64,000 nt of DNA, from NCBI RefSeq assembly GCF_009914755.1, contig NC_060925.1, one strand, 5' to 3'. Every line of letters starts with the position of its first letter. The first letter of the stretch is position 1. Shown piece after piece: positions 48,304 to 62,131 of this stretch. The position numbers were made by a program, and so were the translations under genes. Below the pieces are notes generated by a model that searched no databases, was not told where the DNA came from, and saw nothing but the letters and a program-made list of their open reading frames with translations. This DNA is from the human T2T-CHM13v2.0 reference genome, Homo sapiens.

Positions 48304-48717
48304 GTAAAATGTGAAACTTGTACACACATGCTTACAAGTAGTTCCTTATGATGTTAAAATTTGATCTGTAGATTTGCTTTTTGAAAATAGTTTTGAGAAA
48401 TAATACAAATATTGTGCATCTGTTTTTAAAAGTTTCATCAAGACAGAACATTTCTTAACAGAATACTACTTTGATATTCAGAGCTCTATGTTCTGTTACT
48501 GATTAGTGACTTGTTCCTTAATGTGGACATTTTCCTGGTGGGGAATGTTGCCACATATGAAAAAATTGCATATAAATAGTAGGTGTGTTTTCAACTTACT
48601 CTTTTGTTACCAACAATTAAGACCACCTTTATGCTTGAAGTTATCCAGTGACTGAACATTTTTATTTTTGTTTAGTTTTATAAGTTTAAAGATATCTTTA
48701 GACTACCAAAAAATTAG

Positions 48718-49010
48718 AGTCTGTGTAATACTATAATTGGGTTATATGCCATACATTTGTCAAAACCCATAGAATGTACCATGCCAAAAGAAAATCCTAA
48801 TGTAAACTGTGGACTCTTGGTGATAACGATGTGTTCATGTGGGTTCATCAGTTGTAACAAATGTACCACTCTGGTGCAGGATGTTGATGGTGGGGTGAGG
48901 CTATGCATTTGTGGTGGCAAGGAGTATGTGGGAAATCTCTGCACCTTCCCCTCAGTTTTGCTGTGAAACTAAAACTGCTCTAATAAAGTCTATTTAAAAG
49001 GGAAAAAAAA
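48718..49010 (+). mobile_element. L1MC-type 3' end
   Basis: caaaacccatagaatgtac...ctaatgtaaactgtggactc...aaaactgctctaataaa; flanking aaaaattag repeats. A same-family fragment lies on the - strand at ~3425-4040. Confidence 0.7.
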
Positions 49011-50308
49011 TTAGGTACTTGGTCTTGACAAAAAATATTCTGTAGAAGACCAGCCAGAGTTGTGGAAAATTTTCAGTATTTTCTATGTCAAATATATTGG
49101 GTGGGGTGGAGGTTATAAAAGGCTAGTAGCCAAGAATATTTTTTAAAAAGATTAAACTTTAATAGGAAAGGATTGCTTTTGAAGACATTTTTAGAATTTA
49201 CCTTTAATAGTGCTGTAACTTTTGTTGAATTAATTTGTTAGTTCATGAAGGACTACTAGTAGAGCAGTTTCATTGTCTTCAAATTGGAAACAGAATTATG
49301 CTCTAGATACATCAAGAAACTGTAGTCCTAATTGATTATTCACTGAACATTCCCAGTTACAAATTTTGCAGATTATCACACTTGTCCCATAAGTGGTGGG
49401 GTGGATGAGTTTGTGGTCTGACCAGTGGTGCCCCTCATCAATGTCTGATCTGACACAGAAGCAGAGTTTAAAATAGTCTTTAGGTTAGCACATTTATTTT
49501 TAGAAGACAGTGTTGCTCTACTGAAATTTCCCCAAAGTAAGTTGCTAGTTAAAGCTTTAACTGCAAAGCAAGATCTGTACCTAAAATTCTAAGGGACTAA
49601 CTTTTCTTAATCCCTTCTTTATTAAAACAGTTTTCCACACAGTTGATAGTTGATACTTTCATTAGACCAACCTTCTTTTCTTTTATAAGACCAATGGGTA
49701 AATAGAACTCAGTGTATAAAATTTCACCTTTCACATAGAGCTTTTCTAGAAAAGTGCCTTTTTCTTGAGGCACTGTTTTAGCTCATTGCTGTTTATTTTA
49801 GTACTCCTGTGTTTCTTTTATGTCTTAAACTCAGATTTTACTGTGTATTTAATTTTCTGCATATTTTAGTAAAATTTTAACAACTTGAACATGGTAAGTT
49901 GGCAAGATTTTCTTTACCCCAAAATGTTGTGCGCATTTTGAGCCATTTAATATTTTTGTACTTTGTTTTCTTTGGAGATAATATAAATACACATATGTAC
50001 TTTTTTTTCTGTTAGAACTATACTTGTTCGTTGAAGTTTTCCTTAAATTTCAAAATATGACTTTTGCCTTTTCTAATAACAAATAAGAATCGTTACAGAG
50101 GTCAGAAAATATCTAAACTCAGTATTAACCATCTTGGCTTCTGTAATATGAATAGACTGTACTTGAGACCGCTGTTCTTTATTGTGGTACCAAGTTTACC
50201 CCCAGCCATTACAGCATACTGCTGGAGACAGGCTTTGTATTTGTTAATAGTTACTTTGATGGAAGAGGTGGGAAGAAAACAGAATGAGATTTTGATGTTA
50301 CTCTTTAA

Positions 50309-50431
<123 letters not shown>

Positions 50432-51170
50432 TGAGCAGGTTTTGTCATCTGAGTAGGTTTTGTCATCCAGATAATTCTGAGTAAAAGTAATCATTCTGAT
50501 TAAGAAGAAATTCTCTGAACATAGGGATTCTTAAGTATATGAAATCAACTCTGATGTAGTTCATGCTCACATATCACAAAGTTCACCTGTAATAATCTGT
50601 GTGTTGGGTTTCTTCCTACATTGAGGTAAGGATTATGCTGTCAGTGATTTTTTAAAATTTATTTTAAATTTAGAGCTTTAGTTAATATTTGTATTTCTAT
50701 GGGTTTAAATAAGACCTTGTCTCTTGGCACCATAGTCATTAATTTTTATAATTTTTTCTTTTCACTAGCATTTTGACATCTCAAGGGGCTGGTGACAGAT
50801 ACATGTTTTCTGAGGAAGGCAAAAATCTTCCTCAGAAGATTTAGAATTATTTTGAGCCTCCTTTTTCTAATCTTTAAATGAGTATAATGATGTTAGTACA
50901 TCATAAGGTGTTTGTGATAAGCAAATGAGTTAATAATTATAAATCATTAGGCATAATGTCTGTTACACAGTATGGAATTGTGTATTTGCTTTTATTCTTC
51001 TTCATTAATACCATCACCTTTATAATTTTTATTAATAACTGATGGTTTCCAGTTATACTGCCACATAAAATACATACATTAAGCAATCTTTGCTTTTCTT
51101 TGTTTATTTTTCTCCATGCACATAGACTTGACACATTAGGCAATTCTTAGCTTTAAAATGGATGGGTTCG

Positions 51171-51464
51171 TTTTTTGTTTTTCTTAAGAGACGAGGTCTT
51201 GCTCTGTCACCTAGGCTAGGGTGTAGTGGTGCAATCATAGTTCACCGCAGTCTCCTGGGCTCAAACAGTCTTCCTGCCTCAGCCTCCTGGGTAGCTAGAA
51301 TTAAAGGCACGTACCACCACCCCCAGCTAATAAAAAAATTTTTTTTGTAGAGGTGGTTTCGCTGTGTTGCCCAGGCTAATCTCGAACTCCTGACCTCAAG
51401 TGTTCTTCCTGGCTCTGCTTCTGAAAGTGCTGGGATTATAGGTGTGAGCCATGGCACCTGGCTG
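51171..51464 (-). mobile_element. AluJ
   Basis: Diverged dimer. Confidence 0.85.
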
Positions 51465-52357
51465 GCATTTTTAAATGTGATAAGTTGTTTAAAATTCAGC
51501 ACAAAGTTTTCCACTATAATTTTTATAAATGATGGAAACATTTCAGATAGTTCAAAAAAGCATGTAAGCAAATTGGAGTGATTTTATACAACAATATAGT
51601 ACTAATTATACTGTATTTTTCCATTCTTTTTTGGGAAAATGGCTTAACTCTTATCAGGGACCTTTGCCCTCACAACAAGCTTCTGGTAAAGACCTTCTGA
51701 AACTACATTTTCTATCAGCTGAATCAAGCTATCTCTCCCTCTCCCACCCTCCTGCTCTCTAATGTTTTTAGCTTCTGAATCAGCAGAATTCCCCTTTGTT
51801 TCCAGAGACCCTAATAGCTAAAATGAATACTTTCTGCTTTTTTTTTTTTTTAAATCACATCCACAGTGTACGGGCATTCTTCTTTCTCTGTCCAGATTGT
51901 AAGAAGGAAGTTCTCTATCACAGAGATCTTTACTTTGTGCTATCCAATATCGTGTCTGTCTCCCATCTAGCACTCAACACGCTGTGTTATAAGGCCTATT
52001 TGCTTGTTTGTGTCCCCAGTACCTTGCATAAAACCTTACAAACAGCTGCATAATCTTGTCTCAAAATCACTCCTTACACTTTGAAGATTTTTGCTTTCTC
52101 TCTTTCACATACACTGATTCAATCAGAATTCTTAGTGATTTTACTATCCATATAGAATCTATATGGATATTATAAATGATTTACTACCCTGGCTTGGCCT
52201 GTCATTTCCTTGATGTCCATCCTACATTTAAGGCATTCATACCATGGTTTTACTCTAGGCTATGTGATTACCAATAAGTATAATACCTCTCTAATCTAAT
52301 TTCCAAGCATCTTATCCTCCATTACTCACTACTTTTTTCTTTATCCATCTCACTTCC

Positions 52358-52665
52358 TCTTTTTTTTTTTTTTTTTGAAACAGGGTCTCTCTCTGTCACC
52401 CAGGCTGGAGTGCAGTGGTGTGAACACAGATCACTGCAGCTTCAACCTCCCAGGGTCAAGAAATCCTCCCACCATAACCTCCTGAGGAGCTGGTGCTACT
52501 GCAGGTGCATACCACCACACCTAGCTTTTTTTTTTTTTTAATTTTTTGTAGAGACAGGGTCTCACTATATTGTCCAAGCTGGTCTTGAACTGGACTCAAG
52601 GGATCCTCCTGTCTTTGGCCTCCCAAAGTGCTGGGATAACAGGTGTGAGCCACTGCACCCAGGCC
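52358..52665 (-). mobile_element. AluJ
   Basis: TSD ccatctca(c/t)ttcc. Confidence 0.88.
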
Positions 52666-53110
52666 ATCTCATTTCCTTTAGTGCCCTTCAACTTCGTTAC
52701 AACCTGTAGTCCATTTATCCTAACATCTTTTTATTATCCCTTATATCTTCAACCCCCTCTGCATATAGCTTCAGGTCCACGGTCCATCATTTATAATTCT
52801 CTTGAATATATCCTCAACTCCCTTGACTTTTCAGCAGCCTTTGACTCAGTTTATCATTGCTTTCTAATGTAAAACCTTTATTCATTTGGCTTCCAAGAAA
52901 CAATACTTGCCTGATTTCCTCTGTCTCATTGGTTACTCCTAAGTCTCCTTTCCTAATTCCTCTTTATCTCCCCTACCTCTTAATGTTGGAGGACCTCAGG
53001 GTTCAATACTTGCACTTCTCTTTCCTAACAACACTGCTTTGGAGATCTTGTAGTTGCTTGGTTTTAAATACAATCTGTATGCTGATAAATACTAACTTTG
53101 TAACCCTGTC

Positions 53111-53497
53111 TGTATTAGGCCGTTTGCATTATTGTAAAGAAATACCTGAGGCTGGATAATTTATGAAGAAAAGAGGTTTAATTGGCTCATGGTTCTGCAG
53201 GCTATACAAGCATAGCTCCAGCATCTGCTTCTGGTGAACACCTCAGGAAGCTTACAATCATAGTGAAAGGCAAAGAGGAGTAGGTGTTTTACATGGCAAG
53301 AGCAAAGAGAGAGCGGGAGATGCCACACACTTTTAAACAACCAGATCTCACGAGAACTCATAATTGTGAGGATAGCACCAAGCTATTCATGAGGGATCCA
53401 CCTCCATGACCCAAATACCTCCCACAGGCCTCACCTCCAACACTGGGGATTACATTTCAGCATAAGGTTTGGAGGTGACAAACATCCAAACAATATC
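53111..53497 (-). mobile_element. MST (MSTB-like) MaLR solo LTR within an L2 relic
   Basis: tgtattaggcc...gaaatacctgaggctgg...ggggattacatttca...aaacaatatc matches MST LTR text; near-TSD ctgtc/ctatc. Confidence 0.85.
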
Positions 53498-55465
53498 CCT
53501 ATCTCTCATTTCTTTTCTGAACTTCGAGCTCTTATATCTAACTGCCTCTTCAATATCTCTTTTTGTATGTCTTATAAGCATCTCAAATATAACATGTCCA
53601 AACTGAACTCCTGATAACCTTTCCCTGACCTGGGTCTTTCCAGTCTTTCCCATCTCAGTAAATAGTACCTTTTTAGTTGGTTATGCCTGAAACCATGGAG
53701 TCGTCCTTGACTGTATTTTTTGTTATATTATGTGTACATCCAAACTCTCAGAAAACCCTACTGGCTTTACCTTAAAAACTTACCCAGAACTCAGCTACCA
53801 CCACTAGAATCTAATGACACTATCTTGGTCTAAACAGTTGTCATCTCTCAGCTGGATTATTTCAATAACCTCAAAACTGATCTCCCTGCTTCTCTTCTTC
53901 ACCCCCTTCAGATTGTTCTCCACACAGTAACCATCATAATTCCATTTAAATGTAAGTCAGATCATGTTTTCCTCAGCTTAAATTATGCATTAAACTCAGA
54001 GTAAAAGCCCAGGTCTTTATTACATTTCCCTGAAAGGTCCAAATGAGAATCCTCTCTCTTTGTCCCTTCTCTGGCCCCCACTGCTATACTCACCCACTAG
54101 GTAACAATGTTTCAATGAATCCAGCCTCCTTACAGCTTCTCATACACTTTAGACATGTTTCCCTTTGGGGCCTTTGCATTTGCTCTTTCCTGTGCTTGGG
54201 GTAGTCTTCCTCCACATAACCATAGAGCTTATTCCCTCACCTCCCTCACATGGTTGCTCAAATGTTACCCGTGAGGCCTTCCCTGAGCATAGTCTTTTAA
54301 AATATAACTTTATATTCCTACCCTCAAAATAAACTCCCAACCTTTACTTTTCTCTATAACATTTATTACCATCTTGCATACTTGATTTTTGTCTGTCTCC
54401 ATGTATACTCCTCCAGGGCAGAAATTTTTGCCTCTCATGATCACTAACATATCCATAGGGCTACAACTATGTCAGTGGATATTTGTTGTGAATGGATGAA
54501 ACTTGTAGAATGTCCTTAAGAAGGAGGTTGGCATTCTCAATAGGAGGGAACACCAACCACAGCAGTTCTGTAAGGACTTTTCTTAAACTGGATTTTCAGA
54601 ACTCAGGTTGCCTGTATGTTTATTCTTTTGATTTAATAAGAAGCAGAGACCATGATCTCTAGAGAACATCATAGAAATAGTGTTGCTAGTATTTGTAGCA
54701 CTTAACATTTGTAAGTAAACTCATTTATTATATAAACATTTGGACAGTGGCAGAATTTAATTGGTTACCATAGTGGTGCAATTCTGGAATATGCAAACTT
54801 TATCAATGAAAAATCCAGGAAACTTCCAGTTTTTACATCTTTCCCAGAAAATACACTGGCAGCAGTATAGGAAGCTCAGCCATGTTCCTGTGGCACACCT
54901 TAGACGAATTTGAAGCTGGGGAAATGGCTGAGTGGTAGCATAGCTAACTCCCTGGAATACAAGAAAGAGTACATCAGCCAGGGTAGAACAACCAGAACTA
55001 TTTTAGATGTAGTAGACAAAATAGAGGTAGTGGTCATGGGGAACAAGGAAGCCAAGGCACAACAAGCTTAAGAAACTTTGTGGATTTATCTTTTACGTTT
55101 AATGCATCCAGAGGTAAAAAGATCCAAACTGTATAGTTATTTAATATAAAGACCCAAGACATACACATTTTTAATATTCTGCCATATGTGCTTTTTAAGT
55201 AATATATATATATAATACCAAAACTTTTCTAAAAGAAGATTTTGTCTTATATTAACCTCCATAGTTACAACATAAAGTAATGATTGTCACCAAATAAAAG
55301 GAAGTTTAAAATTAAGTAATTTTAATTTGGCATGACTAAAGCTCAGTAACTAAATGTTAACCATTAGTAAATTTAACTAAAGGGGATAGATAGTCATTGC
55401 ACTATTCTCACATCTTTTCTAAAGGTTTGGAATGAGGGGGAAAATGAAAATACATGAACAAGCTC

Positions 55466-55757
55466 TTTTTTTTTTTTTTCCGAGACAGAGTTTCACTCTT
55501 GTTGCCCAGGCTTGAGTGCAGTGGTGCGATGTTGGCTCACTGCAACCTCCACCTCCCGGGTTCAAGTGATTCTTCTTCCACCAAGTAGCTGGGACTACAG
55601 GTGTGCACCACTACGCCCGGCTAATGTTGTATTTTTAGTAGAGGCAGGGTTTCACTGTGTTGGCCAGGCTAGTCTTGAACTCCTGACCTGGGGTGATACA
55701 CCTGCCTTGGCCTTCCAAAGTGTTGGTATTACAGGTGTGAGTCATTGCCCCTGACCA
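55466..55757 (-). mobile_element. AluS
   Basis: TSD aacaagctctt. Confidence 0.88.
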
Positions 55758-56232
55758 TTAACAAGCTCTTATAAAGAGTTTATTGACTGTCAAGATGATA
55801 AAAATATTGCTATGCCATGGGAATAGAAAAAGAAAGATGATAAAATCTGCCAGTAGAGATATTGATTCTGGATGATGAAGTCATAGTTTAGTATTGGGCT
55901 TATACCTCAGATTGTTAGCACTTGGGCAGTAGTTGTGTCATAAATTTGCAAATAAAATTATTTAGGATCAAAAGATCTGTTTCTAAAAAATTATATACAG
56001 CTCTAAATCACACAAAAGCAAATTAAAGTGGTTAAGAATTCCTTTTTAATTCTAGTTTACTGTCATTGTTTCTAGTCACCTCAGTTGCTAGAAACTTGTG
56101 TTATGTCTTGTTTTCTGTCAGGATAGCAAGTAATAAAAAATGTTACTCACTTGTAATTATGCTGTTTTAAATTGTTGCAGTATACATTCAAGAAATTTAT
56201 ATATTTATAATTGCATATTTTTTAAATCATAG

Positions 56233-56424
<192 letters not shown>

Positions 56425-56774
56425 TAAAAAAGTGCCTGTTTTCTCTATTAGTAGAGGATTTGGAAGCTATCTACCACATGCCTGAAAGAGCCCCTGTGAC
56501 CAAAAGAAAAAAATTTAACTTTCAAAATTAACCTCAAAATTATGTGGTGAGATGTTTAGAAAATGAGGACATATGTGATAAAGTACTCATTGTGCTATAG
56601 GTTAAAAAGTGCAGTAGAGGAAAAAGAGGAGCCAAAGAATACTTCATAGAAGTGGGACCTGAGTTGAGCTTTGAAAGGTGATGGTTGTGTCAGAAACAGT
56701 GTTCAAAGAACATTATTAAGATCCATAGTGGTGTGTTTTTATTTCTAAAATTCCATTGGTATAATTCACACATC

Positions 56775-56993
56775 ACAGTCTACCTCCCGGGCTCAAGTGA
56801 TCTTCCCACCTCAACCCCCTGAGTAGTTGGGACTACAGGTGTGTGCCACCCTGCCTGGCTGATTGTTTTTGAATTTTTTAGTAGAGACCAGGTCTCACTA
56901 TGTTACCCAGGCTTGTCTCAGGCTCCTGAGCTCAAGCAGTCCTCCTACCTCAGCCTCCCTGGGATTACAGGCATGAACCATTGTGCCTGGCCA
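56775..56993 (-). mobile_element. Partial AluJ
   Basis: Lacks the 3' end and tail. Confidence 0.8.
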
Positions 56994-57200
56994 GGATTAT
57001 ATTCTTAAAATAATTTGGCATATCTATGTAGTAGGATCTCTTCCATTTTTTTTTTTTTTTTGTCTCTTCCTTCTTCCTTCGCCTCTTCCCCTCAACATAT
57101 ACTTTTCGTTAGTATTTGATGAAGCTTGCGGTCCCAACTAATGCATTTCAGTTGGTGGCAGATAATTGCTTATTTATTTTTTTAAAAGGCTAAGTAATGA

Positions 57201-57500
<300 letters not shown>

Positions 57501-60500
57501 TAGGAAACACTAAGTAATTCCTGGAAACTATATTTTTTAGCTTGCATAAGGTCACTTTGATGGCTGTATGAGGATACTTAAATTTACCTTATTGTAAAAG
57601 AGGAAGCTAAAATTGAAGAATGTGTGTAAAATCCTGCTAAGCCTCTAAGTGATATGCGATAAAGTGGTGTGTAAAAATTGTTACATCACCTTATATTGTA
57701 ATAATTATTTACCCAAATGTGTATAAATAGGTTGTAAAGTCAAGTTGGAAAATAATATGTTTTTATGGATATCACAGAATTGTGTTCTGAGTCTTACCTC
57801 ACCTTTGGTGCATGACTCATAAGTGGGTAATCTGTGTGGGTATGGACATGTACCTGGAATTCACTCAGTCCTTTAGGCCTGATACAGCTGATGCACAAGG
57901 CTTTTGTGTGGGGCATGGGGGTGGGGTCACTGGGTTAAGCACTCCACTATCTTGAAAACAGCTGTGGACAAGAATACTTAGCAAATAAGCTGCATGCCTG
58001 GGTGTAAAGGGCCAACAGTTTACTAGTTTACTGGGCCCCTAAAAATTTAGAGCAATTTCCAACTGTCCCCACCAGTCAACCTTAAATAGTTCCCTTGCTT
58101 TTGTTAACCTTAACATAAGCCTTTTAAAAAAATAAAAACAACAGAGTGGGCTTCTTTCCTGCCGTTGCTTTTGCCATTTGTAGCATTACAGGTAATCAGT
58201 CAGAATTCAGATCACTTAACTACATAGGTGAGAGTGAGAGTGGGTTAAGTTATGAGTCCTCTGTTTTTGCTATTCTCTCTGGCCTGTGGTTCTGCTGGCC
58301 ACTTTTTCTTGACTAATATTATGCTTATAGACTATTTGACTTTTAAAAATGACCAGGTTACTTTAAACACCTGGCAGGTAAAAAAAAATTAAGCTTGCTT
58401 CAACTTCTGTATTTTACAGATAATCAAGAATGCCAAAGCTTGTTTTTTTATGTGAAACCATTTTTAACAAGTACATAAAAACAAGAAATTTATAAATTGT
58501 ATTTATTCAGCAAATATTTATTGACTATTGTGTGTCTGGCACTGTGTCAGGCCCTCAGGTAACAGTCACTCAGACAGACACTATTCCTGCCCTGAAGAAG
58601 TTTGCATCCTACTGGGGGAACAAGTCTTTCAGCAATAATTAAAGAAAAAAAGTGATTTTGATAAAGAATTTGTTAGAAATTGTGAATATGTTTGGCTAGC
58701 AGAACAGTGACATGAGGTCACTATCTACAAGATAATTGGCCTTACGGGATGTGGTTCCTTGCTGTCCTTGTCCTTACCTCCATGGGACCCACCAACCAAG
58801 TTCATCAGACTCCAGGCTCCGGTGGGGCTGGGTTGGGCCTGAGTCCAGTGCATAGGACTTCTCCCTTTGGGAGCCAGAGGACAGTACACTACATGTTTGT
58901 GAGAACCTACATGCTATTAAACTTCCTCTGGATTAGTTTCCAATGCAGCAGAGATACTTTTTCATAGCAGTCTTGTTAAAGCAGAGAGTTTATAAACGAG
59001 GGTTTATAAAAACAAACATAGAAAAACCATAAAATGAAATGCATTAGCCATCTCAAGAATCTTTACTTTTTGGAAAACATACAAACTTTATGCTCAGTTC
59101 TTGAGAGTGGGGAGAATGGAGCAGATAATTTGAGTTTCTTTTAATATTTTTCTCTTTATAACCCAATAATCCAGCTACAGGATTTCTTTGGTAGTTAATA
59201 GTTCCTCACACAACTTTTGCCTTGTAAATTTTTTTGTGAGTTTTGAATGCCTGAAGTATAGAGAGATACTTTCAAAAATTCACCTCTTGGCCTTAAATTT
59301 GAAAACAGACACCAGGACATACTGCTTGGCTAAAGAGCCCCCTAATTCATTCATATATATATATATATAATTTTTCAAAAACTCTTATTCACACCACTTT
59401 GCAACGTTCTTAAAGTAGTATATGGCTATGCCAGAATCACAGTAGTCTTAATCAAGAATTAATTGTTCTTTGCTGAGGCTGGAATAGTAATTGGAATCAA
59501 GACAACCCAATTTAGGAATGGGAGAGGGATTGAGAAACTCTATTCTGTGTTCCCTTTAGATTTTTCTATAGTTCAGAGAGATGAGGAAGAACCTAGGCTG
59601 GGGCCTTTCAGCATTTCTAACCAAATATTATAGTTCGAACTTGCCCTCATCACTGAACCATCTGCTGCTGTGAGGTAGGCAATGTTTTCCAAAGAAATAA
59701 TTTAGAATAATACTACAAGCATTAGTTACCTTTCTATATAGTACCAGAAACCAGAAACTGGCTAGTATGAAGAAACTGAAATAGAAACTACTTGTAATTT
59801 TTATTAACTTACTGTTTTAGTTTACTTTTATTATTTTTTTATCTTATAGCTTATGCATTGAGTATAGGGAACTAATGAAAACTCATTTGTGGCTTAAGCA
59901 CATTGAGTTCTTGAAGTTTTCAGAGTTTTGAAACAACTTGGACTTCGGAGTTGTAAAACAGAAACTACAATTTTGTTTATAAATTCTGTTTTCAGACTTT
60001 CTTTAGAAATAAGATGACAGAGAGTTAAATGATTTGAAGAGGATGGGAGTGGGAAGAATGGAGCAGAAAGAAAAGAATTTAAATGAGTCACTTTTGTAGC
60101 TTTTGGATAAATCATTCAGGTTTTTTTTTAACGGTTAATTTAGTCTTGTAGTCTGGACCATTTAAAAAAGGAAATAGGTAATTATCATTTTAAAGAAATA
60201 CAATTATTTGCCATCTATCTTAAAATACATGTAGACCGATAATTTAAAAATATTTTACTCTTAAAATGTACTCAAATGATGTAAGAACAATAAAGAAGAA
60301 TTTGTTTACCCTTCATCAGATTCACCCATTATTAAAATTTTGCCACTTGTTTACAGAAATTACACTTCTTTACCCCTAAATATTTTAGTGTATGTATCCT
60401 CAGATCAAAGACATTGTCTTACACAACCACAGCACAATGATTAGAATCCTAAAAATTGATGACACAGTCTGTGTTTGGTATATATTCAGATTTTACCAGT

Positions 60501-60788
60501 TGTCCCTGTAATGCTCCTTAAAGCCAGTCCATTTTTTAATATACTGCAAAGAATTATTTATTCCAGATTAGTATCAATAAGGGACTTCTGTGATATTTGT
60601 TTTTATTCCAAATCATTAGTAAGTGTTGTATTTCATAGCAAAGCTTATCTGTTTCATGTTTTAATACTTTGGCATCAGAATTAAAATAGTCTGCTTTTAT
60701 GAGATAAGTAGCATTGTATTTTTGTCTTTGATACTTTGCACTTTTCATCCAAAAATGAATCCACAAGATGTATTAACAAACATTATTT

Positions 60789-61093
60789 GGGCTGGGCACA
60801 GTGGCTCACACCTAAAATCTTAGCACTTTGGGAGGCTGAGGCAGCCAGATCACTTGACCTCAGATGTTTGAGACCAGCCTGGACAACATTGCAAAACCCT
60901 TGTCTGTACGAAAAATACAAAAATTAGCTGGGTGTCGTGGTGCACGCTGTAGCTCCCAGCCGTTCGGGAGGCTGAGATGGAAGGATCACTTGAGCCTGGG
61001 AAGTGGAAGTTGCAGTGAGCTGATTGCACCACTGCACTCCAGCCTGCGTGACAGAGCAAGACTCTGTCTCAAAACAAAACAAACAAACTAAAA
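60789..61093 (+). mobile_element. AluJ
   Basis: Full dimer with (CAAA)n tail. Confidence 0.88.
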
Positions 61094-62044
61094 ACCACAA
61101 ATATTTGTTATTTCAAATCAAGGATTAGCAGACTTTTTCTACTTTTTACTTTAACCAAAATTAACATCAAAAAAAGGCAAACAAAAATCATGCGCCTCCG
61201 CATGTGATACCTTGAAAGGGAGACAGTATCTCTTTTGTCCTATTTTAGACAAAAATGTATATAACCTGAATCTAATCACGAGAAAACCTCAGATAAACCC
61301 AAATCAAGGGAAGTTACTAGCCTTTATTTTTCAGAAATGACAATGTCCTGAAAGGCAAAGGCCAAAGAACTGTTCCAGATTTTTAAAAACTAAAGTGAGA
61401 GGAAATAAACTGCAATGTGTGATCCTGAATGGATCCTGTCCTTGGAGGGGAAAGTTACTATAAAGTACATTATTGGGGCAGTTGACAAAATTGGAATTTG
61501 CTCTGTAGTTATACAAAATAATGTGTCAATCCTTAAATGTCTCAAGTGCAATAACTATAACGTGTTTATGTAAGAGAATATCCTTGTTCTTAGGAACAAC
61601 TTAACTGTTAAAGGACTTAATAGTTAAGGTCTACTCTCAGATGATTCAGAAAGTGTGTGTGTGTGCACGTGTGTGTGTATGTATGTGTAGTAAAAGTGGC
61701 AAAATGTTACTAATTGGTGAATCTGGGAAGAATAGAACCGAAGTTGTTGGTACTATTTTTGCAACTTTTCCGTTGGTTTGGAGTTTTCACTATTTTTCAC
61801 TACCAGTTCTTTTTCTTGATTTGATGTCGAATATCTAGGAGCAAGGGCATTTCCTTCATTATAAATAGGTAAGTCCTGCTTTCTACCCTGATTGAAAGTC
61901 AGCAGAGCCTTCTAACAAACCTGACTTTAAAAGAAAGAAGCAGAATGCAGATCTAAGACCAGAATAGTACTTACCAGAATTGTTTTGTGGAACAAAGTCT
62001 CAAAAACTGGTGGAGTAAGTACTTTTTTTCTTGTTTTTACTTAG

Positions 62045-62131
62045 ATATTTTATGACCTGGTCAGACAGATAAATAGGAAAACACCAGTGGAAAAGAAGAA
62101 GCCTAAAAAGAAATCATGTCTGCTGCTCTAG
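62045..62131 (+). CDS. RAP1A: RAP1A last coding exon (IFYDLVRQINRKTPVEKKKPKKKSCLLL*; exon continues to 62160)
   Basis: ttag acceptor; polybasic tail and CAAX box CLLL; TAG at 62129-62131; donor CAG|gtaaga after 62160. Confidence 0.99.
   Translation: MFYDLVRQINRKTPVEKKKPKKKSCLLL

Noticed and set aside
58740-58960. GC-richer patch with a 72-aa ORF as a cryptic exon
   Set aside because: No convincing splice-site pair or recognisable homology. It cannot be supported without conservation data.
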